A DNA stretch of 64,000 nucleotides from Nymphaea colorata. Taxonomy: Eukaryota. The stretch spans positions 6,820,001 through 6,884,000 of the forward strand of contig NC_045138.2 in the NCBI RefSeq assembly GCF_008831285.2, in the 5' to 3' direction. Below the pieces are notes generated by a model. The model was not told where the DNA came from. It saw only the letters and a list, made by a program, of their open reading frames with translations, and did not search any database. Of the stretch, positions 1 through 12,300 are shown in pieces. Position numbers and translations under genes: made by a program. Position 1 is the first letter of the stretch. Each line of letters begins with the position of its first letter.

Positions 1-162
1 AATCCTTAAGGGTTAATGATAATCTTAAGAGAGAGAGAGTCTGGCGGCTAGTGGGCACCAACTCCTCCTCATTCGTGGTTTTTTCTCCCTCGTGTTGAGG
101 GTTTTCCACGTTACATCGTGATCATTATTTCTCTTCATCTTCCTCTTGTTCGTATTTCTACA
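1..162 (+). repeat. 5' LTR (partial) of copia element
   Basis: Direct repeat of 5273-5434; ends in CA immediately before the tRNA-Met PBS. Confidence 0.95.
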
Positions 163-175
163 TGGTATCAGAGCC
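163..175 (+). promoter_or_regulatory. Primer binding site (tRNA-iMet)
   Basis: TGGTATCAGAGCC directly after the LTR. Confidence 0.95.
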
Positions 176-229
176 GTAAAGTTCCGGCGTTTCTGGTTTG
201 TCTTTTGCCCGTGTTGGAGGAGGATTCGC

Positions 230-700
230 CCGACACTGTTCATTGACTCGCCCGGCACTGTTCATCGTCTCGCCCGGCACTGTTCATCGGCCGTGCCCGA
301 TGCTCGTGCCCGAGCTTCGCCCGACGCCTGTGCCCGACGCTCGTGCCCGAGCTTCGTCTGTCGCCCAGCGCCGCCCTGATCAGCACCGCTCAGGATTCCG
401 CCTAGCGACGACCGGCCCAGCGACGCCCTGATCAGCGCCGTTCCTGTTCAGCCGCTTCCGCCCAGCGTCGGCCTGCTCAGCGACGCCCTGTCCAGCGGCG
501 TTCCTCTCTGTCATCCGACGCATCGCCCACCGCCGTGTCTTTTTCCAGCGCTGCGCCGCTCTGCCTGGTTCCGGCGGTTTATTTCCGCCCAGCGCCGCGC
601 CGCTCTGCCTGGTTCCGGCGGTCTGCTTCCGCTGGTGCGCCGCTCTGCCTGGTTCCGGCGGTCTGTTTCCGCCCAGCGCCGCGCCGCTCTGCCTCGTTTT
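230..700 (+). repeat. GC-rich short tandem repeats in the copia 5' leader
   Basis: Repeated CGCCCGGCACTGTTCATC, GCTCGTGCCCGAGCTTCG and CGCCGCTCTGCCTGGTTCCGGCGG units. Confidence 0.8.
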
Positions 701-866
701 TTTTTCTCCGGTGCTGCCTCTCTGTTGCTGTCTCTTCCGCCGGTGAGGTTTAGGCGTTCTTTGTTTTGTCCGTTGCCTGCTCTCTGCCTTTTTTGGTGTT
801 GTATTGTGCTGTTGCTCCCTGCTTCCCTTGCTGCCTACTGGGCTTCTCCCGTAGCTAGACTGGTCT

Positions 867-3800
867 GTGATTATGGCAGCCTCTTTCTCGTCAACCGTCA
901 ACACCAATCTCACTGAAATAGGGGCTTTTAGAACTGAGAATGTTCCCATGCAGGTCATCACTCTTCGCCTCACCAAGGAGAATTATTTCTTGTGGTCGCC
1001 TGCTATGACTATGGGGATTGCTGGCCGTGGTCGCATGGCCTATATTGATGGGAGCAACCCCGAACCAGCAAGAACAAGTGATGTGTGGCATACTTGGTTT
1101 CTTGAGGATAATCAAGTGAAAACTTGGATTGTCAATTCCGTTTCCGCCAATATTCAGCCCCTTATCCTTCGGAAGAAGACTGCTAGAGACATGTGGGTGG
1201 TCCTCGAGCAAATGTATGGCCAAAAGAAGACCGCAATTCGTACTTACCAAGTAATGAAGACAGTCTATGGCATTCGACAAGGGAACTCGTCTGTTGCAGA
1301 GTACTATGGGGCTTTGAAAGCTAAGTGGGAAGAGCTTGACTATCATTCTGATATTCCTTGGTATTGTCCCCATGATCAGGCGCTCTATGTTGCTCATGAA
1401 TGGGAAAACATGGTGTTCCTATTTTTTAGCAGGTTTAAATGATGAGTTTGAAGGTGTTCGAAGCCAGATTCTGAATTCAGGGGAGGTGTCCAGTATTGAA
1501 GATGTGTACTCCTGTATTGAAGCGGAAGAACAGAGGAGGCTTGTTACAAAAGAAGGGAAGAGGGAACTTGTGCCCTATAACGAGAGATCCGCTCTCGTGA
1601 GTCGTGGTCCTGGCGGCCCGTCTAGATCCCTTCGCCTGTGCACTCACTGTAAGAAGACAGGTCATACCGTGGATTATTGTTGGGATCTTCATCCAGAAAA
1701 GAAGGGAAACAAAGGGAGATCTTCGATTGGGAGAACGCCTGTGTCTGAGGTGCAAGCATCCAATGGAGAAAAAGTCTCCATTTCTGCTAACCAGCTTCGT
1801 GAACTAAGGGCTTATTTGGGCAGGATCGATGTCAACAAGATTGAGACCTCATAGGGAAATACAGCTAATCATGCTCTCGCGGTTATTGGCAATCAAGGTA
1901 ACTTTTCTGTGGGGGAATGGATTGTCGATAGTGGTGCTACTCATCACATGACAGGTAATCCAAAATTGTTTCATGAGTATAAGTTGTCCTCGGGAAAGGA
2001 ACGTGTTTCTCTTGCAGATGGTTCCTCTACCTGTGTGGCAGGCGAAGGCACTCTGTCCTTGTTGGACAAATTTCATGTGCAGGGCGCTTTACATGTTCCC
2101 CAGTTTCCTTTAAATCTCTTATTAGTCAGTAGACTTACTAAAGAATTGAATTGTGAACTTATATTCTCTGCCGATCGTTGTGTTTTGCAGGACTTGGTGA
2201 CAGGGAAGAGGATTGGGATTGGTTTAGCTTCTGATGGATTATATCGTCTTCCCATACGTGTGGCTACTGCTCTGTTGACAGCGATCCGCAAGACAGATAA
2301 GAGAAGAGAAGATTGTCTTCAGTCTTTTATGTACTGACATGAAAGTTTTGGGCATTTACCTTTTGGGATTTTGAAACATTTGTTTCTAGACTTGTGTTCC
2401 TCCTTTGATTTGTCTTCCATTTCTTGTGATGTTTGTCAGTTTGCCAAGGGCTTCATACCCTCTTTCTTTTAGTTGTGCTAATGAAGCTTTTTCCCTGATT
2501 CACTCTGATATATGGGGACCTTTGGGCATTCATACCCGTCAAAGTTTCCAGTATTTTATCACTTTCATTGATGATTTCTCTCGTGCTACATTTATATACT
2601 TGTTAAAAGACCGCAGCGAGGTTCCTCGCATCATAGAGACATTTATTCTTATTGTGCATACCCAGTATGGTGCGAATGTTAAAACTTTCAGGTCCGATAA
2701 TGCCCGTGAGTACATGTGTCAGCCTGTTGAGGAGTTTCTTAGACAACGGAGGATTGTTCACGAGACATCCTGTAGTTACACCCCCCCTCAAAATGGGGTA
2801 GCTGAAAGGAAAAATCGTCAACTTCTTAATGTCACCAGGGCTCTTTTGTTTCAGAGAAATCTTCCTAAACACTATTGGGGTGATGCAGTTCTTATTAGTG
2901 TCTATCTTATTAACCGCATGCCCAGTCGTGTTTTGAATGGTAGGACTCCCCACTCGTTGCTTCCTGGCAGCCGTCCACCATTTCCTCTTCCTCCTTGTGT
3001 TTTTGGTTGTGTATGTTTTATCCATGATCACAGTCCAAATGTCAAGAAACTTGATCCTAGGTCTATCAGAGGTGTCTTTGTTGGATACTCCCCTACGCAA
3101 AAAGGATACAAATGTATTAATCCTATTACTGGTCGAGCTTATGTTACGAGGGATGTTACCTTCTTGGAACATGCCTCTTACTTTGGTGCAAATCCTCTTC
3201 AGGGGGAGCAGTCTGTGGGCAGAGAAGAGTATTCTCAGAGACAGGAACTTCAGTTTATAGATTTTTTGGACTACAAGAAAGCAGAATCACTTAATACTGT
3301 TGATGTGCCTGAGAAGGAGGAAAGTGGTGACAATAACATTGAGAAGGAAGGCCCTCAGTTGTTTGGACAGTTCTACTCTAGACGAGGTACTCGGACAGAG
3401 GTGATGATTTGTGATGCTAGATCTACTTCCAATCTCAATGCCACTCATTCCCTGGATGAACCAAGTCCTACCAAGGAGACCGTGGAGACTCATGATGAGG
3501 TTGAAAAGAAGAATGACGATCTTTCCATTGCCCTGAGAAAGGGTGTCAGGTCATGTACTCAACACCCCATTGGTAATTTTGTTTCTTATTCCAGACTTGG
3601 GAAAGATTACAAGTGCTTTGTTTCTACTCTCTCTTTGGTTGTGATTCCCAGGACTGTCGCTGAAGCTCAAAGTGACTCCAAGTGGGCTGATGCAATGAAA
3701 GAAGAAATAGATGCCCTAAGAAGAAACTTGATATGGGAAGTTGTGAAGATTCCTGAAGCCGCTCACCTAGTTGGATCCAAATGGGTGTATATCATCAAGT

Positions 3801-5191
3801 ACAAACCAGATGGGAATGTTGAAAGATATAAAGCTCGACTTGTGGCCAAGGGGTTTAGCCAGAAATATGGAATTGATTACTTGAAAACCTTTGCTCCTGT
3901 TGCGAAAATGAAGGCTATGAGGGTGGTTATATCCCTAGCTGTGATGAATGAGTGGAAGATGTATCAACTGGATGTTAAGAATGCATTCCTCAATGGTGAC
4001 CTCGAAGAAGAAGTATATATGCATATGCCTCCAGGATATGAAGAACCAGAAAAGTGTTGTAAGCTGAAAAAGGCCTTGTATGGCTTTAAGCAATCGCCCA
4101 GAGCGTGGTTTGAACGACTGAGAAGAGTGATGATACGTTGTGGATACAAACAAGGAAATGGAGATCACACTCTGTTTGTGAAGAAGAAGGAGAGCATGGT
4201 TACTTTCCTGCTCGTCTACGTAGATGACATGATTGTTACTGGAGATGATGAGGAGGAGATTATCAAGCTAAAAGGGTTACTGGCTACCGAATTCGACCTC
4301 AAAGATCTTGGCAAACTAAGGTATTTTCTTGGTATGGAGGTTGATAGGTCTAGTACTGGTCTTGTACTAAACCAAAGGAAATATACATTAGATCTGCTGG
4401 AAGAAACTGGTAAATTGGGATGTAGACCTACTCCTATCCCTTTTGACACTGGGCACAAGTTGAGTCTTAGAGATGGAGAGCCTCTCTGTGAAGAAGACAA
4501 TGGAAGATATCAACGTTTGGTTGGGAAGCTAATTTATCTTACCCTCACGAGACCTGATATCACCTTTGCGGTGAATGTTTTGAGCCAATTCATGCATGCG
4601 CCAACCGATGCACATATGAAGGCTGTGGATAGAGTGCTATGCTACCTGAAGAAAAATCCTGGTAAGGGACTCCTGTATGTGAAACAAGAGACTGTAGAAA
4701 TCGAGGGCTATTCTGATGCGGATTGGGCAGGTTGTGGTGATACCAGACGATCCACTACAGGGTACTGTGTCTACTTGGGAGGAAACCTTGTTGTATGGAG
4801 GAGCAAGAGACAGGATGTTTGCTTTAGATCCAGTGCAGAGGCAGAATATAGGGCAGTTGCTATGGGAGTGTCAGAGTTATTATGGTTGAAGATATTGTTG
4901 ACTGACATTGGAATACAGATTGAAGGACCTATGAAGATGTACTGTGATAACAAGTCTGCAATCAACTTAGCCAACAACTCTGTTCTTTACGACAGAACAA
5001 AACATGTTGAAATTGATCGTCACTTCATTCGGAAAAGGATTGATGCGAAAGAGTTGATCTCACCTTACATAAAGTCTGAAGACCAAACTGCTGATGTTCT
5101 GACGAAAGCTCTTCCTTCAGCTTCATTTGAGAGGAATGTATCCAAGTTGGGCATGTTTGATATGTATGCCCAACTTGAGGGGGAGTGTTGA
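867..5191 (+). pseudogene. Disrupted copia gag-pol polyprotein; integrase-RT-RNase H still open over 2405-5191
   Basis: Motifs: gag LTKENYFLWS, Zn knuckle CTHCKKTGHTVDYC, protease WIVDSGATHHM, integrase HSDIWGP...FRSDNARE...[22 protein letters not shown] and YVDD, RNase H SDADWAG. Lesions: frameshift at ~1425 (T-run), TAG 1852-1854, TGA 2335-2337 at the W of the WHxRLGH motif, and a frameshift at ~2448. Confidence 0.93.
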
Positions 5192-5434
5192 TAGATTGTG
5201 TGTTTCGGGTCCGGATCCATACCCGACCCGCCTTGTAGCCCGTTTTGGGCTCTACTTAAGTCATGTAACCCTAATCCTTAAGGGTTAATGATAATCTTAA
5301 GGGAGAGAGAGTCTGGCGGCTAGTGGGCACCAACTCCTCCTCATTCGTGGTTTTTTCTCTCTCGTGTTGAGGGTTTTCCACGTTACATCGTGATCATTGT
5401 TTCTCTTCGTCTTCCTCTTGTTCGTATTTCTACA
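5186..5434 (+). repeat. 3' LTR of copia element
   Basis: TGTTG...TACA, preceded by the PPT; the pol stop codon lies inside the LTR start. Confidence 0.95.
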
Positions 5435-5904
5435 CATGTTAATGAATAATAACTCTGAAAACAAAAGGAAAACTTAGTTGGAAAAAATTAAATCATGTAC
5501 GTAAAATTAAGCAGAGTTTCAATCTAAAAAGTAGCCAAGTGTGTCAAAGTCCATTGAATAGCCTTGTGAACTTTTTTCTCTAGAGTGAAACACTAGCTGA
5601 CTGAACCTACTATTCTTATAGTTATATGACCAATTTTATAAAACTCTGAATCGAACAGGCCTTTGACTCCTGGGACTTTCAAACCGGTCAAGCAACTTCT
5701 GGTTGTTTTTTTGCTATGCATATATATAATCATGTGTAAATAATAAAACTATATATAATATAGTATCATGTACGCACATATATATAATCATCTATAAATA
5801 ATAAAACTAACAATTAATGATTAACAAACTATAATTTTATCAATAGTTTAATGGAAAAGGAGGCAATTTTTTTGTTGCTGCACCTGCACGGGGACTCATG
5901 CTCT

Positions 5905-6255
5905 AAGTTCGGATTCAGATATAACTTAAATTTCGGATCGGATTCGGATATAACTTAAAATTCAGATCGGATTCGGTCGGATCGGATTCGGATATAACTT
6001 AAAATTCAGATCGAATTCGGATTCAAGTGTAACTAAAAATCGGATTCGGATTGGATTCAAGTATAACTAAAAATTGGATTCGGATTGGATTCAAGTATAA
6101 CTAAAAATCAGGATGTAGATTTTAAAGTCGGATTCGGATATAGTATAAACTTCTTCTTATCCGAATTCGAATCCTAATCCGAATCTGAATATATGGATAT
6201 CTGAAAAATCGGACATAATAAAAGGTATATCTGATCCGAATCCGATCTGTTGACA
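5905..6255. repeat. GGATTCGGAT/ATCCGAATCC subrepeat array, MITE-like remnant
   Basis: Tandem ~35-45 bp units (GGATTCGGATATAACTTAAAATTCAGATC) followed by inverted ATCCGAATCC motifs; no TSD identified. Confidence 0.6.
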
Positions 6256-7387
6256 TAGTCCATGTCCACTTGGGAACAACAACACTTTGAAGAGTTTGTG
6301 TTGCTTAGTCTTCGTGTTTCTTTCTTATGCAAATTGATTTCTTCAGCACGTCTCGTATATCTAAATGAAAAACCTCGACAAAAATGAAAATTTTGCAATT
6401 CTTTTGCTTTTTTTTCTTTTGCCATTGTTAGTGTCGCATTTATTTTATTTTTCTCTAATAGTTAATATTTTTTTTAATTTTTTGAAAATTTTCCCAAAGT
6501 CTTTCTATGAAAAAAAATTTACTGCAAATACCCAGAAAGAAACGTTGCCGATATTTTCCTTAGAACGATACTTAGTTATTTCATTGTGGTTTCGATGTTG
6601 ATTGGCATGTTCATTGTTCTCCTCCTACAAGCCATCACATCCTTCAAAAATCATCAATTCACTCACACCTCTCATAGGATCTAATAATCTTTACATGTTT
6701 TGATTAAAGTCAAAACTACACATGCTATCTGCAATGGAAGCCTTAATAAATCTTGTTGTCCAATTTGAAATCCAATTGCATTTTTCTTTAAATTGTTTAT
6801 GAATCACACTCTTTTGCTTAAAATAACATTAAAGTTAGAAACTGTATCGAATTGCCCGAGATGCCGATTCGGTGATTCAGCTTAATTAGTTGCGAATAAG
6901 AACAAAAAGTATTATATATATTTAAAAAATAAAAGACCAACATAAAACTAGAATAAAACAACAGGAAAATAAAATAAATATTTATCATTTGAAAGTATAT
7001 TATCCTTGGTATCATCATGTGGACAGAATCTTTTTGCCACCGGTTTTATTCAAATTAATAACTTTTGTGACAATATTAATTAAAACATTATCAACGTGGT
7101 TTTTATCGGATATTTTTTGACAGAGTTAATTGAGGGTTCCTTGTTGTTAAAGAAACAGGTTCAACAAATTTTTCATGAAGACATATGATGCAACATGACA
7201 ATAGAACTTCCACCAGCAGAGGTAAAGCCATAGATTTTCCATTCTAAATGCTTCTAACCGCCGAATTATAGTTTCAACATTTTGACACAGGCCAAAATAT
7301 GTTTTTTCAAAATTTTTCTAAGTTAAATTATTTTTTTTAAATGACATGTGGAGCTTTTTTTCTTGATCCGACACGCGAAACTCGAGC

Positions 7388-7389
<2 letters not shown>

Positions 7390-7466
<77 letters not shown>
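7390..7466. repeat. (AT)n microsatellite
   Basis: Uninterrupted AT run of about 38 units. Confidence 0.95.
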
Positions 7467-7469
<3 letters not shown>

Positions 7470-7614
7470 CTGGGGTTTTTATCAGTGAGGTTTTTCTTCA
7501 GTATCAATCAAGATTTTTTTTAAGAAAATCTAGAGAACTTGAAAATATGAACAATAATGGAAAAATGAAAATTTGAGTTTCCAAGTATGAACAAAAATGA
7601 AAAATGAAAACAAG

Positions 7615-7652
<38 letters not shown>

Positions 7653-9310
7653 ATATAAAATAATATATACATCAAATTAATCATGGTAAAATATTATAAT
7701 AATACATAAATTAATAAAAATAACATTTAAAAAATCTTATCGGATAGAACCAGGCTTAGTCTGGCCAGCCCGATAACTTATCAGGCCGGCCCAATGCCTA
7801 TTTTTCATGCTTATGAGGGGACCATAGCCTACTGGCTGGCTCCGCGACTGGCCAACAGGCAGATCTGAATCCACATTTCATAGAACTCATGGTCTAAACA
7901 AATATAGATTTCCTAATTGTTGATTTCATATCCATCATATATGTTAAAAACTAAGATCCTAGTAGAATCTAAGATTATTGTGATCTTAAATCACCTTGGA
8001 TCTGGTAAGCAAACATATCTTAAGCGGCATTTTCATTTGAATCGGGCTCCCTTCTCATTTCTTGAACTACACCTTCACATTTGCGAATTAAACTAGTCTT
8101 CTTCAGTCGTCAAAAATTTCTAAGTACTAAATATGAACAAACTTGGTTCTTCTACATAAACAGGCTCTGTCCACAGCTCAAGCTTGGTTCAATTACTAAA
8201 AGTGAGTTAAAAGTGAGTCAAGATAGAGTCGACCTAACACGAGACTTAGTACTAAATAAATAAATTGGTAGAAAGGAAAAGTAGCTTGACCAACCACGAT
8301 TACAGTATCTATGACATAAATTCTGCATTAATACCCTTTTTCAATCTAAATCGAGCTGAATATTTGTGTTTTATGTAAGCTAATTGGGGAGATTAAATGC
8401 CTGCATTTTTTTAATTCTTTGAACTTATGTGAGCTCGGACTGGTTGAGTTTGAGATTCGATTGGAGTCAAACCTAGACAAATCAAGGTCAAGCTAAAGTT
8501 GAGTAGCCTGACTTATTATGCATCCTCACTATGTTAAATGTATTTAGGTTGGACCAGTTTTAACATGTAGCAGAATTTAAAATACATATTACTAAGATGT
8601 TACCAAGATTTTTAGTTTGATTAAAATAAAGATCTCCTAAAACACACCTTTTTATGGTGTTTCAGATGCTATGAAAAGCAATATTAAAAGTCGACTATTT
8701 CAAATAGATACAAGAGATACGGGTCCTTTTTAAAGATTATTTAAAGTTTAAGTCAACACTATCGAAAATAAAAAATTATAAAAATAACCCTCTACAAAGT
8801 TGGATCCACTTAAAAAAAAAAGCACTAATTGTTAAATTAGGATCAGACTCTACATTTCAATAAAAATTTGGATCTAAGCTTTGTCCGTCCTTCGATAACC
8901 CAGTGCTCGTGTTTAGTGAGTGGGCACACTGAGGAGCATTTGGTACATGGCTTGGCTCGGTTAGGGTTCGAGCCCTAAAATTGAGCATTGAGCTTGCTGC
9001 AGTCGGTCCTACTTAGCTTGTATATATTATAATCAATTATATTTATATTTTAATAATATATATATGTATATTATTGTAATGAGTATATATATATATATAT
9101 GAGTTTTATATATATATATATTAATTATTGTAATTGAGTGGAGCTCAAGCTACTAGCACATGCCAGTTCCTGTCAACGAGCCACATGTACATCAAATGTA
9201 CCGTATCGTCCAAGTCCCGGAGCCTAGAAAAACAGGTTCAATATGGAATCGGATCTTCCAATAAAATGAAATCAGGATCTTGGGTGGACACTCTGCTGCG
9301 GCATGTCACC

Positions 9311-12300
9311 ATGCATGAGATCAGGCGACCCACCGTCCTCCTCCTCGTCTCCTTGGCTCTCTTCTTCTCGCTTTGTGTTACTCTTCTCCAAACCACCTTA
9401 TTCTCTCGTGCGTAGTGTCTCTGTCTCTGTATCTTTCTCTGTTTTTCTCTCCGCTTCTTGATTTGATGTTGGTCGCCCGAATTCTTGGGTTTCTTCAGGA
9501 GTACGAGGATCTTACCAACTTCGTGAGAAGGATCTCCAAACGCTTGGTGATTTCCAGACGAGAATTCAGCAGTGTGTGGTCGGTTTTTATCCTTGCTTTT
9601 TTGTGTTTGGTGTTTTTTCTTCTCAGTCACCTCTGTTTTTGTAGTTTGCAATTCTGGTTTGTGGACGGTCTTCATTTGGGCGATTTTTTCTCGTAAATTT
9701 TTTGGATGGTTTCATATATATCTTTTCAAATTGGGTAATCATGATTTTTTTTTCTGGATAAAGAGTGGAACTTTTCTTGATCATATTCGGTAAGAAAGTG
9801 TAGATTTTCTTTCCGTTTCTTATCCTAGTATGCTAATACATGTTCACGGGTCTCGTCTTCAGGGTAATCTCAGGAAATGCCCACGCGATATATTTTTTTT
9901 TTTGGGGGGGAAAGCTTCAGCATATATGCTCTCTGGTTCATGTAAAATATATGAAACAAGTGAAAATATAGATCATATAGATACCACCAGTTGCTATCAC
10001 TTTAATATGGTTATACGTGCCGGATATGTTCAAATTAATGTTCTCTGAAATCTCTTGTTTTCTTCTCTACGTAAGTTCACGATGGAACTTGGGGATTTTT
10101 GGAAAATTGCCACTTCGATTAATTCCTATGTAGCCGTGGAACCGTTGAGTATTTACCCATGCAAGGTGATCTCTGCTGACTTGGGTTCAATCGAAACTTG
10201 GAGAAACATGGTTCTTGCTTTCCATTATTTTGATCTCAATAATGAAGATTGAATAATACTTGGCCTATTTATTGAGCATGATGAAGCCCCAATTTCTGTC
10301 CAGGCAAGCAGAGGACTTGGATTGACGGCACACATAATTGACCACTGTAAATTGGTGTTGAAATTTCCCGAAGGTACAAATAGCACTTGGGTAAGCCGAT
10401 CAATAACTTTTTTTTTTCTCTCTTATTTTGATGACTGGATTTTGTTAATTTATGGTCCGGGCATCTCTTGGCTTTGCAGTACAATGAGCAGTTCAAAACT
10501 TATGAACCACTTGAGTACCGATATGACGTATGTGAAGCCATTCTGTTGTGGGAGCAGGTAAAAATTTTTCCCGTTATTGCTAGTTTCCCTCGTTTCTGAA
10601 TTGAACAAGTAACAAGGTTTTCTGGATCGCAGTACCGTAACATGACCACCATCTTGACAAGGGAGTATCTAGATGCCCGGCCTGATGGGTGGCTCGAGTA
10701 TGCTGCAAAGCGTATCGCTCAGCTGTATGTAGATAATTAATTTCTTCTGCAGCTCCTCACCTTCATGTAATCAGCTTTTCAGCTTGAATATCCGTTGGTT
10801 GGCAACAGGGGTGCCAAGACATGCTACAATCGTACTCTGTGTGAAGAGCATCTTAATATGATCTTGCCATCCAAGCCGCCTTTTTATCCTCGGCAGTTTA
10901 AGACATGTGCAGTTGTTGGGAACTCGGGAGATCTTTTGAAGACGGAGTTTGGACAAGCAATTGATAGCCATGATGCTGTTATCCGAGAAAATGAAGCACC
11001 TGTGACAGAGGTAGTTTCCATTGTCGAGTGCGTGTTTATTTTGCACAAGTTTCTCTCTCTCTCTCACTCACTCTCTCTCTCTCTCATTCACTCTCTCTCT
11101 CTCTCACTCTCTCACTCTCTCTATCTCTCTCTCTCTCTTTCTTTCATGCCCATGAATCATTCATACATGCGTGAGGCCGATCAACCTTTTGGTTGCCAAG
11201 CACCAAAAATAGTGAACCTCAAAGCTGTATACCTCACAATTGTATCGCTCGCTTAATCTGAATAGGTTCTACCAATGCTATCCAAGCGATATAATTTAGT
11301 GTATTGTATATGACATATCATACTACGGTTCCCTTGAGCTTGTTTAATCGATTCTCAGGCTGGCAGAGTGGGAAATTTGTGCTCCTTCATGGTGGGCGGG
11401 TGCACCCAAATAACAAATGCAGGAACAGGGGTCCTTTTGCAGTTGCACCCTAGGAGTACCCTTTTAGCATTTTCACTGTTCTATGGTAAACCATGGAAAT
11501 GTGTCCAACGGCACAGAATGTCCTCTCTGTTCTGTACATTCTTCCTCATCAAACAAGCTTTTTCAATTCCTAGGATGCTGGAGATGTTTTGATCTCCTGT
11601 TCCTGTTCTTCCCAGAATAGACACCACACCCTAGAAGCCATTGCATGCCTGTTTTCTGTGGTGTGAACAGGCTCACTGCATTTGCACATCCTGCTGAATT
11701 GACAGAATATATAATCCGGTGGATATGGAATGTCGCTAGAGCCACTTATTACAGAACCCTGCATGCTGACGAACGTGGTGTTACCTGCAGTGTCAAACAA
11801 CCACATAAGGAAAATGACACAATCCTTGTTGGGGACTAGGGTGTATTATAATATAATAGGTTCCCAAAGTAGATCACACATTTTCATATTAAGTGGAGCA
11901 AATAATGAAATTACAGAGTATGTATGTGTGACTGGTGTTTGTCACATCAATGGACTAGGAGAATCAACCTGAATTGGAAGACTCAAATCGAATTGGAACT
12001 TCTGCAATTTGATGCGAAGTCCAATCCAAGTGGGCACACAATTCCTTTTTGTGATCTTACTAGTGTTTCTTTTTTTAATTTTCGGATGAGATGACTCAGT
12101 TCACAGACCTAGTCAGATAAAAGAAGGAAAGAAAGGCATGGTTTTCTATGGCTGGGCCCCCCTCCCACTAGGGAGGCTAGCTAGTGAGCGGTTCTTTCGG
12201 GCGGGAAGCAGGTGTTCCTTTTTCTTTTGTGGTTTTTGCTTTCTGATTTTTTTAATGAAAACACATGTTCCTTTTGATACATTTCATAAACAATTTTGAT

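Larger units (their letters stand above)
1..5434 (+). mobile_element. Ty1/copia LTR retrotransposon (short-LTR, Ale-like), 5' LTR truncated by the window edge, coding region disrupted
   Basis: The partial 5' LTR (1-162) matches the 3' LTR at 5273-5434 with 4 transitions. The full 3' LTR is 5186-5434 (TG...CA, 249 bp). PBS TGGTATCAGAGCC at 163-175; PPT GAGGGGGAG at 5177-5185. Domain order is gag, Zn knuckle, protease, integrase, RT, RNase H. Confidence 0.97.

Noticed and set aside
25..976. Arg/Ala-rich ORFs in the copia LTR and leader
   Set aside because: They arise from GC-rich tandem repeats that lack stop codons.
5905..6255. Possible CRISPR-like array
   Set aside because: Eukaryotic context, degenerate units and no unique spacers; consistent with MITE subrepeats.
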